From the NCBI RefSeq assembly GCF_963921235.1, contig NC_086097.1, positions 228,038,001 through 228,102,000 on the forward strand: a DNA stretch of 64,000 bases. The letters are read 5' to 3'. Both the position numbers and the translations under genes were made by a program. The stretch's first letter is position 1; the number at the start of each line of letters is the position of its first letter. The notes below the pieces were generated by a model. That model was given only the letters and a program-made list of their open reading frames with translations. It made no database searches and was not told the origin of the DNA. Positions 1-13,320 of the stretch are shown here, in pieces. The DNA is from Mobula hypostoma (taxonomy: Eukaryota).

Positions 1-1250
1 TGTGGCATCTACGTGTTGAACCAGGATGAGCTGTTGATGATGTTCACTCCTAGGAACCTGAAGTTCTCAACTATCTCCACCTCAGCACCATTGATATAGA
101 TAGAAGCATTTAGACCGTCCCCCTTCCTGAAGTCAATGACCAGTCCTTTTGTTTTACTGACATTGAGGAAAAGAATGTCAGGACACCATGCTACTATGCT
201 CTCTATTTCCTTCCTCTTCTCTGACTAATCATTATTTGAAATACAACCTACTACTGTGGCATCATCTGTGTACTTGTGGATGGATTTAGGGCAGAATCTG
301 TCCACACAGTTGTGAGTATATAGGGAGTGGAATAGAGGCTGAGGACTCAGCTTTGTGGGGCACCAGTGTTGTTGCAGAGATATTGCCGCCTATCCTTACT
401 GATTGCGTTCTGTTGGTCAGAGAGTCAAGGATCCATTTGCAAAGGATGGTGTTGAAACCCACACCTGAGAGTTCGGAGATAAGTTTACTTGGAACTACAG
501 GATTAAAAACAGAACTTGGAGGCCATTCATTCAGCATTTTCATTTGATGTAATTTGATCATTTCCAAACTTGTTTTATCTCCCTGTACTGTTGTTGGAGG
601 GGATTGGAGTCGTCGACACTAAGGTTTTCTTCTTTTCCATTTTTAAGTTGTTAGTTTTGCCCAAGTCTTTTAGGTTAGTTGATTAATTTTGTTTTTCTTT
701 GGGGATGGGTTTTTTTTTGTTTTGTTTTTTTTTCTTTTTCATTTTTTTCCAGTTTTTTTTTAATTTTGTATTATCCGTGATTAGTTCTACATGTTTGGGA
801 GGGTTTTGTTAAGTTCCACTACTTGGTTTTGCAATTAATTTTTTGTAAGTGTAACATTACATCTCCTTCTATTTGTATTATGGCTATGTTCTGTTTCTGT
901 ATTTTGAAATTAATAAAAAGATTGAAAAGAAAGAAAAACAGAACTTTAGTCAGTTCAAAAAAAAATAGTCTAACGTAGGCACCTTTACTGTGCAGATGCT
1001 TCTGAGAAGAGTGTAGGGCCAGGGAAATGGCACCCTTCAAAGACCTGTTTAAACAGTTGGCGAATTGAAGTGTGACGAAGTTGTCTTGGAAGCTGGAGTT
1101 GACGTGTGCCACGACCAGCCTCCTGAGGCACTTTCTGATGGTAGCTGTCAGCGCTACTGGCAGTAGTCATTAAGGCAAGTTCCATTGATTTGTTTAAGAT
1201 ACTCGAATAATAGAGTTTTTCTTAAATCAGGTGGAAGTCAAAGATTGAAG
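1..1250 (-). mobile_element. Degenerate Rex1/Babar-type LINE RT fragment, interrupted by an L1 3' fragment
   Basis: Minus-strand peptides '[41 protein letters not shown]'-like (286-567) and 'LQFANCLNRSLKGAISLALHSSQKHLHSKGAYVRLFF' (819-1112) match consecutive Rex/Babar RT segments on either side of the insert. Confidence 0.75.
518..933 (+). mobile_element. 5'-truncated L1-clade 3' end (last ORF2 codons, T-rich 3'UTR, polyA signal)
   Basis: 517-552 reads [11 protein letters not shown], matching WGPFIRYFHLM* at the end of the L1 ORF at 23496; AATAAA and A-rich tail; 13-bp TSD AAAAACAGAACTT at 505-517 and 934-946. Confidence 0.85.
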
Positions 1251-1575
1251 CAGAGAGAGGTTAGAAATGTCTGCAAATGCACCTTAAAGTTGATCTGTGT
1301 ATAATATACAGACAGAGCCATGGACTCCATTGAGGCCAGAAACTTTCTTTGAATTCACTCTCTGGAAGACTGAGCTTTCATCTGCAATGGTGACTGTGGG
1401 CTCAGGTGCACCAGAGCTGTCAAGATGGGTTACTACAAGTACATTCCAATCTCCTCTGTTCAATCATACATAGAATGCATTAAGTTTATCAGGAAGGGAT
1501 GTGCTGTTGTCAGCAATGCTGCCTGACAGCATTCAAGTGTGGGTGAGAAGTTACATTGAGGGCCCTACATATCAG

Positions 1576-2598
1576 TTAAGAATCCCAATCAGTTAAGTTA
1601 GACAACCTCTCCTCCTCCACTCTGACCCTAAAAACGGCGTGCCTCAAGGCTGTGTGCTGAGCCCTCTTCTGTACTCCCTTTTCACCTATGACTGCATTCC
1701 TGTACATGGTTCTAACTCCATAATCAAGTTCGCAGATGACACCACGGTGGTTGGTCTGATCAGAGGGAATGACAAGACGGCCTACAGGGACAAGGTCCTG
1801 CATGGTGTGCCGACAACAATCTGGCCCTTAACACCCAGAAGACCAAGGAGATCATTGTGGACTTCAGGCATGCCAGAAGTCACACTCACGTCCCCATCTA
1901 CATCAACGGAACTGTAGTGGAGCGTGTATCAAGCTTCAAATTCCTTGGTGTCCACATTTCCGAGGATCTCACCTGGTCCCTGAACTCCTCCATCCTGATC
2001 AAAAAGGAGCAACAGCGCCTTTATTTCCTGCGGAGCATCAAGAAAGCTCACCTCTGTCCCAGAATACTGATGGACTTTTACCGCTGTACCATTGAGAGCA
2101 TACTCACCAACTGCATCTCAGTGTGGTATGGCAATTGTCCCATATCGGACCGCAAATCATTCCAGCGTGTGGTGAAAACTGCCCAGCAGATTATCGGCAC
2201 CCAATTGCCCACCATTGAGAACATCTACCATAAACGCTGCCTGGGCAGGGTGAAAAGCATTATCAGGATGCATCTCACCCTAACCATGGACTTTTTACTC
2301 TCCTCCCATCCGGTAGGCGCTACAGGAGCTTCCGCTGCCGCACCAGCAGGCACAGGAAGAGCTTCTTCACTGAGGCTGTGACCCTGCTGAACCTCTCATC
2401 ACAGCGCTAAGCAGTATTGCACCCATATTGTACTGTCTCAGTACTTTTATATTTGTGTGCTATAGCAATTTTTTTCTTCGCAGTTATTTTGTAAATAACA
2501 CTATCCTTTGCATTTCTGGTCAGATGCTGAATGCATTCCATTGTCTTTGTATCTGTACTCGGCACAATGACAATAAAGTTGAATCTAATCTAATCTAA
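1576..2598 (+). mobile_element. Rex1/Babar LINE 3' part
   Basis: [18 protein letters not shown]...KFADDTTVVGLI RT motifs, FKFLGVHI, C-terminal domain; ends with AATAAA and (AATCT)n tail. Confidence 0.9.
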
Positions 2599-2619
2599 TG
2601 TTGATGCTATTGCAGAGAA

Positions 2620-3006
2620 GGCTTGCCAGCGGCTAATGTCACCAAAAACTCTAGCAAATTTCTACTGTTATACCATGGAGAGCATTCTAACTGGTCACGT
2701 TACTGTCTGGTACGGAGGGGCCACTGTACAGGATCGGAAAAAGCTGAAGAGGCTTGTAAACTCAGCCAGCTCCATCATGGGCGTGAGGCTTCCCACCATC
2801 AAGGACAACTTCAAAAGCCAATGCCTCAAAATGCGGCATCCATCATTAAGAATGCCACCTTTCCAGGACACCATCAGGGAGAAGTACAGGATCTTGAAGA
2901 CATATACTCAATGTTTTAGAAGCAGCTTCCTCCATTACATTTATGAACAGCCAATGAACACTAACTCACTATTTTTGCACTACTTGCTTATTTTAATATA
3001 TATTTC
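2620..3006 (+). mobile_element. Degenerate Rex1/Babar 3' fragment
   Basis: MSPKTLANFYCYTMESILTGHVTVWYG peptide. Confidence 0.75.
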
Positions 3007-4440
3007 ATAGAACATAGAATAGTACATCACAGTACAGGCCCTTCGCCCCACAATGTTGTGCCGACCATCAAACCCTGCCTCCCATATAACCCCCCACCTT
3101 AAATTCCTCCATATATCTGTCTAGTAGTCTCTTAAACTTCACTAGTGTATCTGCCTCCACCACTGACTCAGGCAGTGCATTCCACGCACCAACCACTCTC
3201 TGAGTAAAAAACCTTCCTCTATATCCCCCTTGAACTTCCCATCCCTTACCTTAAAGCCATGTCCTCTTGTGTTGAGCAGTGGTGCCCTGGGGAAGAGGCG
3301 CTGGCTATCCACTCTATCTATTCCTCTTATTATCTTGTACACCTCTATCATGTCTCCTCTCATCCTCCTTCTCTCCAAAGAGTAAAGCCCTAGCTCCCTT
3401 AATCTCTGATCATAATGTATACTCTCTAAACCAGGCAGCATTCTGGTAAGTCTCCTCTGTACCCTTTCCAATGCTTCCACATCCTTCCTATAGTGAGGCA
3501 ACCAGAACTGGACACAGTACTCCAAGTGCGGCCAAACCACAGTTTTATAGAGCTGCATCATTACATCGCAACTCTTAAACTCTATCCATCGACTTATGAA
3601 AGCTAACACCCCAAAGATTTCTTAACTACCCTATCCACCTGTCAGGCAACTTTCAGGAATCTGTGGACATATACCCCCAGATCCCTCTGCTCCTCCACAC
3701 TACCAAGTATCCTGCCATTTACTTTGTACTCTGCCTTGGAGTTTGTCCTTCCAAAGTGTACCACCTCACATTTCTCTGGGTTGAACTCCATCTGCCACTT
3801 CTCAGCCCACTTCTGCATCCTATCAATGTCTCTCTGCAATCTTCAACAATCCTCTACACTATCTACAACACCACCAACCTTTGTGTCGTCTGCCAACTTG
3901 CCAATCCACCCTTCTACCCCCACATCCAGGTCGTTAATAAAAATCACGAAAAGTAGAGGTCCCAGAAACGACCATTGTGGGACACCACTAGTCACAATCC
4001 TCCAATCTAACCCTCTGCCTTCTGCAGGCAAGCCAATTCTGAATCCACCTGGCCAAACTTCCCTGGCTCCCATGCCATCTGACTTTCTGAATAACCCTGC
4101 CATGTGGAACCTTGTCAAATGCCTTACCAAAATCCATATAGATCACATCCACTGCACTACCCTCATCTATATGCCTGGTCACCTCCTCAAAGAACTCTAT
4201 CAGGCTTGTTAGACACGATCTGCCCTTCACAAAGCCATGCTGACTGTCCCTGATCAGACCGTGATTCTCTAAATGCCCACAGATCCTATCTCTAAGAATC
4301 TTTTCTATCAGCTTTCCCACCACAGACGTAAGGCTCACTGGTCTATAATTACCCGGACTATCCCTACTACCTTTTTTGAACAAGGGGACAACATTCGTCT
4401 CCCTCCAATCCTCCGGTACCATTCCCGTGGACAACGAGGA
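3007..4440 (-). mobile_element. CR1 LINE, 5'-truncated, young family 'A'
   Basis: [58 protein letters not shown]; (TTCTATG)n tail at ~3007-3020; near-identical to 16718-17196 and 19701-20912. Confidence 0.92.
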
Positions 4441-4444
4441 ATTA

Positions 4445-5050
4445 AGACCATAAGCTATAGGAGCAGAATTAGGCCATTTGGCCCATCGAGTCTGCTCCAA
4501 TATTCAATCATGGCTGACTCTCTCTTTTCTCCTCCTCGACCCCAGTTCCCGGCCTTCTCCCCATAACCTTTGATGCCTTATCCAATCAAGAACCTATCAA
4601 TCTCTGCTTTAAATACACCCAACGACCTAGCCTCCACAGCTGTATGTGGCAACAAATTTCACAAATTCACCATCCCTTGGCTAAAGAAATTTCTCCCCAT
4701 CTCTGTTTGGGAAGGGTGCCCCTCTATCTCAAGGCTGTGCCCTCTTGTCCTGGACTCCCCCACCATGGGAAACATCTTTTCCACATCTACTCTCTCTCGG
4801 CCTTTCAACATCCCAAAGGTTTCGATGAGATCCCCCCCTCATCCTTCAGAATTGGGTCTGTTCCACCATTTCTGCATGGCTGATCAATTTCCCTCTCAGC
4901 CCCAATCTCCTGCCTTCTGCCCGCTATTCTTCAAACCCTGACTGATCAAGAATCTAACAATCTCTGCCTTAAGTACACCCAATGACTTGTCCTCAACAGC
5001 CGCCTGTGACTACGAATTCGACAGATTCACCACTCTCTGGCTAAAGAAGA
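4445..5050 (-). mobile_element. Two stacked CR1 3'-end fragments
   Basis: CR1 3'UTR motif (rc of 'gggccaaatggcctaattctgctcctat') and C-terminal 'NFFSQRVVNLWN'-type sequence occurring twice. Confidence 0.75.
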
Positions 5051-5453
5051 GATTAAGAACTTGGTAATTTATAGTATTTTTTATGTATTGCACTGTATTG
5101 CAGGCTGCAAAACAAATTTTACAATGTACTGTACGTGAGTGACAATAAACCTGATTCTGATACTTTTAGTCTGTTACAGCGGGTAAGCCCTGCCACAAGT
5201 GACAGCTGGTTTGGGCCTCAACTTTGACAGGTGTTTTCTCAATATCTGCTGTGATACTACTGCACAAAATCAACAGGAAAATCTTTAGGACATTTAGCTC
5301 AAAAAGGAAGTGTGTGAGATAGCCTATGAGGATGCTCAGACTTGTTCCTTGCACGTGTGAAATAACCGGAAAAGAAGCAGGAAATTTTGCCCAGATCTAC
5401 ATTTGTTAAGAGCTTACTAGTTCTAACAAATGTTTCAGTGCAATTTGTATTCT

Positions 5454-5624
5454 TTCCTCTTTCTAATGTTTGTCTCTTATCATTGTGTATTATGTATTCA
5501 ACCAATAATTTAATACATATTCTTAGCACCCTGAGAATACAAATTGCACTGCTAAGAATATGTATTAAATTATTGGTTGAATACATAATACACAATGATA
5601 AGAGACAAACATTAGAAAGAGGAA
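5454..5624. repeat. Perfect 75-bp inverted repeat with 21-bp spacer
   Basis: Arm 5454-5528 is the reverse complement of 5550-5624, read base by base. Confidence 0.95.
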
Positions 5625-6249
5625 TATCAGGTATATTGTTATCATGTGAGGCCATATTGAGAGTTTGTATAAATAACCACAAGATGGCGATAGTGTGAGT
5701 TTATACCATTGCATTAAAACTAAAATGTACATCCATTAAACCCTTGATTACAGTTTAATTGTGAATGAAATAGATAAATAAGTATAAATTGTCTTCTCTA
5801 AAATTAAAATGATAAATGATAAACCTATGAATAAAATTTTACTCCCTATTTGTATTAATTTAAAGGCAATTTGAATAATTCTAATGATATTACACAAGGA
5901 ATAATTATCTATTCACCTACGTTACCTGCATTTCCAAATCCCTCCAACACATTGCAATGCCATGACTAGCTGCACTTTCTATCAAAAGACTTGGTGAGAT
6001 GTAGGAGTTACAGAAAGCTTGCTGTTAATGTTGTATTTATTTTTGCAATGTATTCTTTCATTGGATGTGGTGCACCCTCCCAGCAGTTCTACTGGTGGTG
6101 TTGATGTAAACTATTGAATAGCTCCAGTTCATGTGGCATATTGTTTATAAGGAGTTTTAAGTTGTTACCATATTGTGAAAGAAGAACAGTCAATGTATTT
6201 CTCAGCCAGGGAGTAGTATGATTTTCTGTTGAAGGGAAAATCTCTGGTG

Positions 6250-6855
6250 ACATTTTTGGCACATTGACCTTTATATATCAAAGTACTGAGTACTGGAGTT
6301 GGGATATTATGTTGAAACAGTATAAGAACTTGGTGAGGCCTAATTATGGAGTATTGTGTGCAGTTTTTGTCATTTACCTACAGGTAGGATTGAAAGAGTG
6401 CAGAGAAATTTTACAAGGATGTTGACAGGACTTGAGGTCCTGAGTTATAAGCGAAGGTTGAATAGGAACATTTTTTCCTAGAGCATAGAAGGTTGAGAGA
6501 TTTGATAGAGGTGTACAAAATTGAGGGGTATAGATAGGGTAAATATAAGCAGGCTTTTTCCACTGAGGTTGGGTAAGACTACTAGAGGTCATGGATTAAA
6601 GTTGAAAGTTTTAAGGGGAGCATGGGGGGAAGTTTCACTTAGAGGGTGGTGAGAGTATGGAACAAGCTGCCAGTGTAAGTGGTGGGTGTGGGTTTCATTT
6701 CAACATTGAAGAGAAAAATTGGATAGGTATGTGGATGAGAGGGGTATGGAGGGCTATGGTCTGGGTTCAGGCCAATGGGACCAGGCCGATTAATGGTTCA
6801 GTATGGGCTAAATGAGCCAAAGGGGCTGTTGCTGTGCTCCACTGCTTTATGACTC
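6250..6855 (+). mobile_element. Degenerate CR1 3' fragment
   Basis: 'gagtattgtgtgcagtttt', 'agagtgcagagaaattttacaaggatg' and a CR1 3'UTR. Confidence 0.75.
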
Positions 6856-7084
6856 ATTGAAATTGCTGGTAATAATTAGGTTCAGAGACCTACCCTGAAG
6901 AACCTGCTGGGATACACTGGGTTGACTGCCTTCCACCATTCACAGCATTTCCATTGTGCCAGCTGCAGTATGTCTCTAACAATTAAGCATTCCTTAATTC
7001 CAATCCCTGGTCCCATTCTAGGTCAGTGCTACCTCGATGACAAGACAGTCACCTGCACCTCATCTGAAAATTTAGCTCTTTGCC

Positions 7085-9595
7085 TGCATGAAGGAACTGA
7101 GGGCATTGTAGCTAAGTCTGCAGTTGATACAAAGGTAAGCAGAGGAGCAGGTAGTGCCGTAGAGGCAGGGAATCTGCAGAAGAACTTGGATAGTTTGGGA
7201 AAGTGGGCAAAGAAGTGGCAGATGGACTACTTCATAGGTAAGAGTGGGGCTATGCACTTTGGTAGGAAGAAAAAAGGTATTTTCAAAATGGGATGAGAAT
7301 TTAGAAACCAGATGTACAAAGGGACTTAAGAGTTTTAGCTCAAGATCCCTTCAAAATTAATTTGCAGGTTAAGTCAGTAGTGGAGAAAGCGAATGCCACT
7401 GTTAGGCTTATTTTGTGAGGACTAGAATATAAAAGCAAGGATGTACTGCTGAGTTTTTATAAGACATTGGTGGGACCTCTTTTGAAATATTGTGGGCAAT
7501 TTTGGGGTCCGTACATAAGGAAAGACTGGGACAATGTCCAGAGGAGGTTCTCAAGAATGATTCCAGGAATGAAAAGTCTTAATGTACGTGGAACATTTGA
7601 CGAGACTGGGACAATACTTACCACAGAAGGTAAAGAGTGGTTGTAGACAGGTCATTTTCTGCATGGAGGTCGGTGACCAGTGGTGTGCCTCAGGGATCTG
7701 TTCTGGGACCTTTACTCTTCGTAATTTTTTAAATGACCTGGATGAGGGATGGGTTAGTAAGTTTGCTGATGACACAAAGTTTGGAGGTGTTGTGGATAGT
7801 GTGGAGGGCTGTCAGAGGTTACAGTGGGGCATTGATAGGATGCAAAACTGGGCTGAGAAGTGGCAGATGGAGTTCAACCCAGATAAGTGTGAAGTGGTTC
7901 ATTTTGGTAGGTCAAATATGATGGCAGAATAGAGTATTAATGGTAAGACTCTTGGCAGTGTGGAGGATCAGAGGGATCTCGGGGTCTTAATCCATAGGAC
8001 ACTCAAAGCAGTTGCACAGGTTGGCTCAGTAGTTAAAAAGTCATACGGTGTATTGGCCTTCATCAATCATGCAATTGAATTTAGGAGCCAAGAGGTAATG
8101 TTGCAGCTATATAGGACCCAGGTCAGACCCCACTTGGAGTACTGTGCTCAGTTCTGGTTGCCTCACAACAGGAAGGCTGTGGAAACCATAGAAAGGGTGC
8201 AGAGGAGATTTACAAGGATGTTGCCTGGAATGGGGAGCATGCCGTATGAAAACAGGTTGAGTGAACTTGGTCTTTTCTCCTTGGAGTGACGGAGGATGAG
8301 ATGTGACCTGATAGAGGTGTATGAGATGATAAGAGGCATTGATTGTGTGGATAGGCAGAGGCTATTTCCCAGGGCTGAAATGGCTGCCACAAGTGGGCAC
8401 AGGTTTAAGGTGCTTGGGAGTAGGTACAGAGGAGATGTCAGGGGTAAGTTGTTTTTTTTTAAAAAAACGCAGAGAGTGGTGAGTGCGTGGAATGGGCTAC
8501 CGGCAACGGTGGTGGAGGTCGATATGATAGGGTCTTTTAAGAGACTTTTGGATAGGTACATGGAGCTTAGAAAAATAGAGGGCTATGGGTAACCCTAGTA
8601 ATTCCTAAGATAGGGACATGTTTGGCACAACTTTGTGGGCCAAAGGGCCTGAATTGTGCTGTAGATTTTCTATGTTTCTATAATACTTGAGAAAGATGAG
8701 GGGATCCTTATTGAAAACTACTGGATACTTAAAACTTTGGACAAAATGGATGCAATGAGGATGTTTCCTTTATAGGAGAATTTCAGGCTCCAGCCTCACA
8801 ATTTTATTATATCACTTTAAAACTGAGATGAAGGCCAATTTCACCAGCTAGAGGGTGGTGAATCTGTGGAATTTCTGGCTGATTGCCAGTGACTAGTGTT
8901 CAGGATGGGTCAGTGTTTGGACCACTTCTTTTCACATTATATGTCAAAGATTTGTTTGACTGAATCAATAGCTTTGTGGCCAATTTGCAGATGATACAAA
9001 GATAGGAGGTGGGCCAGATAGTGTTGAGGAAGCAAGGAGTCTGCAGATGGACTTAGACAGATTATGAGAATGGGCAAAGAAGTGACATTTGGATTTTAAA
9101 ATATAGCATAGATGGATGTGCTGGCATTGGAGAGGGTCCAGAAGAAGTTCACAAGAATGATTCCAAGAATGAAAGGGTTAACGTATTTGGCTAAAGGCCT
9201 GAGCTCGCTGGAGTTTAGATGAATGGGGAGAAGGAGGTCGATCTCACTGAAGCCTATTGAATATTGAAAGAGTGGACATAGAGAGAATGCTTTCTATAGT
9301 GGGGGTGTCTACTGTCTCGGACCAGAGGGGTCAGCGTCAGAATACAAGGATGTCCCCTTATAACAGAGGTGAGGATGAATTTCTTCAGCCAGAAGGTGGT
9401 GAATCTGTGGAATTCATTGCCACAGACTGCTATGGAGGCTGTCATCGGGCATATTTAAAACAGGAGTCGATAGGTTCTTGATTGATAAGGGTGTCAGAGG
9501 TTACGGAGAGAAGGCGTGAGAATGCAGATAATAAATCAGCCACGATGGAATGGCAGAGCAGACAATTGGCCAAATGGGCTAATTCTGCTCCTATG
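7085..9595 (+). mobile_element. Old CR1 fragments hosting a nested younger CR1
   Basis: GIVAKSAVDTK and LGKWAKKWQM peptides; the host frame resumes after ~8682. Confidence 0.7.
7620..8680 (+). mobile_element. Nested CR1 3' half
   Basis: KFADDTKFGGVVDS, HLEYCAQFW; (TTTCTATG) tail; candidate TSD AATACTT at 7613-7619 and 8682-8688. Confidence 0.85.
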
Positions 9596-9599
9596 GAGA

Positions 9600-12500
9600 T
9601 TCTGTTGATGTGAAAGAGACACCTGGATTTGGTAACCTCTTTTATATTACAGGCTAGCTTGCTTTCATATTTCAATTTTCTCTTCTTATGGCTTTTGCCT
9701 TCTGTTGGTTTTTCCTAATCCTCCAACCTCCTACTAATTTTTGCGATATTATATGCCGTGTTTACTGTCTTTGACTTCCGAGTTGCTCCCAGAAACTCCA
9801 GCCATTGCTGCTGCGCATTCATCCCTGCTAGTCTCCCCTCCCAATCAACCTTGGCCAGCTCCTCTCTCATGCCTTTCTTCCACTGTAATATTGAAATGAC
9901 TGACTTTACCTCCCCTCTTTTAACTTGCACGGAGAATTCTCTCATGCCATAATCAATGCCTCCTATGGATTTCTTTACCTTAAACTCCCTAATCAAATCT
10001 GGTTCATTACACCACATCCTACCCAGAATTGCCTTTTCCCTAGTGAGCTCAACCAGAAGCTGCTCTAAAAAGCCATCTCATATGCATTCTACAAATTCCC
10101 TCTCTTGGGATCTAGCACCAACATGATTTTAATTATATTGCCCTTTCCATCTCCTATTACAATTTGTACCCATAAGAGCATAAGCCATAGGAGCAGAACT
10201 AGATCATTCAACCTATTGAATCTGCTCTACCCGTCCACCATTGCTGATTTATTATCCCTCTCAACCCCATTCTCCTGCCTTCTCCCTGTGAACCGATGCC
10301 CTGACTAATCAAGATCCCATTAACCTCTGCTTTAAATATATCCATTAACTTGGACTCCACAGCTGGCTGTGGTAATGAATTTTACCACCACCTGGCTAAA
10401 GAAATTCCTTCTCATCTCTGTTCTAAATGGATGTCCCTCTATTCTGAGGTTGTGCCTCTGGCCCTAGAAACATCGACTATAGGAAACATCCTCTCCACAT
10501 CCACTCTTTCTAGGCCTTTCAATATTCAATAGGTTTCAACGAGATCCCCCTCTCATTCTTCTGAACTCTAAGGAGTACAAATGCAGAGCCATCAAATGCT
10601 CCTCTTAACATTAACCCTTTCATTCCCAGAATCATTGTCATGAACCTCTTCTGGACTCTTTCCAATGCCAGCATGCCTTTTCTTAGCTCACAATATTCCA
10701 AGTGCAGTTTGACCAATGCCTTATAAAGCCTCAGCATTACATCCTTACTCTAATATTGTATTCTTATTTGTTAACATTGTACTTGCCTCCCTTACCACTA
10801 ATTCAGCCTGCAAGTTAACCTTTAGGGAATCCTGCACAAGGACTCCAAGTCCCTTTGTACCTCTGAATTTTGAGCTTTCTCCCTGTTTAGAAAATAGTCT
10901 ACGCCCTTATTTCTTCTACTAGAGTGCATCAATAAGTGCACTTCCTTACACTTTATTCCATCTGCCACATTTTTGTCATTCTTCCAATCTCTCCAAGTCC
11001 TTTTTCAGATGCCTGCTTCCTCAACACTATCTGCCTCTCCACCTACCTTTGTATTGTCTGCAAACTTGGTCACAGAGCCATCAAATATGTCAGCCAAATT
11101 GTTGACATATAATGTGAAAAGAAGCTGTCCCAATATCAATCCCCACAAATACCTCTAGCGACCACAGCCAACCAGAAAAGGACCCCTTTATTCCCACTCT
11201 TTTTCTCCTGCTAGTCAGCCAATCTTCTATCCATGCTAGTATTTTACCTCTTATCTTGTTAAGCAGCCTCATGTTCTACACCTTCTGAGAATCCAAGTGA
11301 ACAACATCCACTGAATTTTCTTTGTCCTATCCTGCCTGTTTCAAAGAATTCCAACAGATTTCTCAAGCATGATTTCCCCTTAGGAAACCATGCTGTCTTT
11401 TGCCTACTTAATCATATGCCTCCAAGTACACCAAAACGTCATCCTTAATAATAGACTCTTATCATCTTCCCAACCATTGAAATCAGGCTAACTGGTTTTT
11501 GATTTATTTTCTTCTGCCTCCCTCCCTTCTTAAAGGGAGAAGTGACATTTGCAATTTTCCAGTCCTCCGGAACTATTCCAGAATCTAGTGATCTTGAAAG
11601 ATCATTACTAATGTCTCCATAATCTTTTCATCCCAGCTACTGTTTGCAGGACTGTATATAAGTCCCATTTGGCTCTTTTTACACTTGCCATTTCCTAACT
11701 CTACCCACAAGGATTCTACATCTTCCAATCCAATATCACCCGTAGGAATTTGATTTCATTTTTTACCAACAGAGCCATCCCATCCCCTCTGTCACTACCT
11801 GCCTGTCCTTTTGATACAATCTGTATCTTTGGATGTTAAGCTCCCAACTGTAATCTTCTTCCACCCAGGACTCAGCAATGCCTGTATCGTACCTGCCAAT
11901 CTCTAACTGTGCTACAAGATCATCTACTTTACTCTGCATACTGTGTGCATTCAAATGCAAAACCTTAAGTCCTATATTCATCACACTTTTTGATTTTGCC
12001 CGCAAGTTATGCTTTAACGTCCCACTGACTGCAATTTTGCATCTGCCTGTCCTTCCTCAGTCTCACTACACACTGCCTCCACTGGTATACCAACTTCCCA
12101 GTACCTCAGCCCCCGGTTCCCATCATTCTGCCAAATCAGTTTAAAACCTCCCGAAAAGCCCTAGCAAACCTGCCCGTAAGAATATTGCTCCCGCTGCTGG
12201 ATGTAACCTGTCGTTTCTGTAAAGGTCATACTTTCCCAAGAGATCCCAATGATCCAAAAATCTGAAACACTGCCCCCTGCACCAATTGCTCAGAAACGCA
12301 TTAATCTACCGCCTCATCTATTTTTACCCTCACTGACGCGCAGCACAGGCAGCAATCCAGAAATTACCACCCTCGAGGTCCAGCTTTTCAGCCTTGTGCC
12401 CAACTCCCCATATTCTCTCTTCAGGACCTCGTCCCTTTACCAATGCCGTTGGTACCGATATGTACCCCTTCCCCCTTGAGAAAGCTGTGGACCCGATCCG

Positions 12501-12740
12501 CGCCATCTCTGACCCTGGCACCTGGGAGGCAACATACCATCCGGGCGTTTCTTTTCTTTCACGTCCACACAATCTCCTGCCTGCTCATCTATGAAATCCC
12601 CCATCACTACAGCACTCCTCTCCTTCCCCCTTCCCTTTTGAGCCACGGAGCCAGACTCAGTGAGGCTTCCCCACCCACCCCAACAGTACCCAAAACGGTA
12701 CTACTTATAATTGAGGGGAATGGCCAGAGGGACACACTGC
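9600..12740 (-). mobile_element. Heavily decayed near-full-length CR1 (ORF1 esterase-like, APE and RT remnants) with nested CR1 pieces
   Basis: RSAVVMGD (SGNH/GDSL-like ORF1, 12437-12646), LKVLHLNAHSMQSKVDDLVAQLEIGRYD (APE, 11763-12005), GKILAWIEDWL (RT). Confidence 0.75.
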
Positions 12741-12749
12741 GCTGGCTGT

Positions 12750-13320
12750 CCATTCGCGAGGGGCAATCAAATAGGAGAGGTGCTAATTTGCTAAACTCTT
12801 CACTAAAGTGAAATATCCTCTCTTAATCGCGCGTCGTGCAACGGTTTCGTTCATTTTATACCACACGATCTCTTCCTTCTGAGGTAACCATTCTTTATTC
12901 GTCCAACAAAGTGCAAGAGATTCCACGCGGCCGGTCGCATTAGGAAAAGAGAACGATGAGGAAAGCGAGCGAGCCAGTGTAATAAAAGAAAAACGCATTC
13001 GGCGTACTGAAAAATAGCAAGGGAGAGCAAATGAAAAGTAGAATTCTGCCCCTAACCCGCAGGAGCTGTAGCAGCTCTCGGATGATAATGAGTTGCATTG
13101 TGTGAGAGCCGAGGAGAACCCCAGTGTCTGGAAGAGTGGTTGAATCCCACTTGATGTCATGCAGCTAACCAGTTTGCAGCTGCCCACAGCCCCGCTTCCC
13201 TGGATTACCAAACACGGCGAAGAGATGCAATAGCAGAGCCCGACAGCAGCTGACTTTCAGGTCAACAAAATATCCGGAATGGTTTAATCCACATGCGTAT
13301 TTAACCTTTTTCAAAGAGGG
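12750..13320 (+). promoter_or_regulatory. CpG-enriched, repeat-free segment; candidate promoter and non-coding first exon of an unidentified gene
   Basis: Many intact CpGs (cgcgag, tcgcgcgtcg, cacgcggccggtcgc) in an otherwise CpG-depleted window; ends in GGG|GTGAGT donor at 13321; no ATG-initiated ORF reaches the donor. Confidence 0.5.

Noticed and set aside
5299..5698. Overlapping 127-aa and 103-aa ORFs with mirrored sequence
   Set aside because: By-product of the inverted repeat; no recognisable domain
12783..13211. 142-aa minus-strand ORF in the CpG-rich region
   Set aside because: Non-ATG start and no recognisable homology
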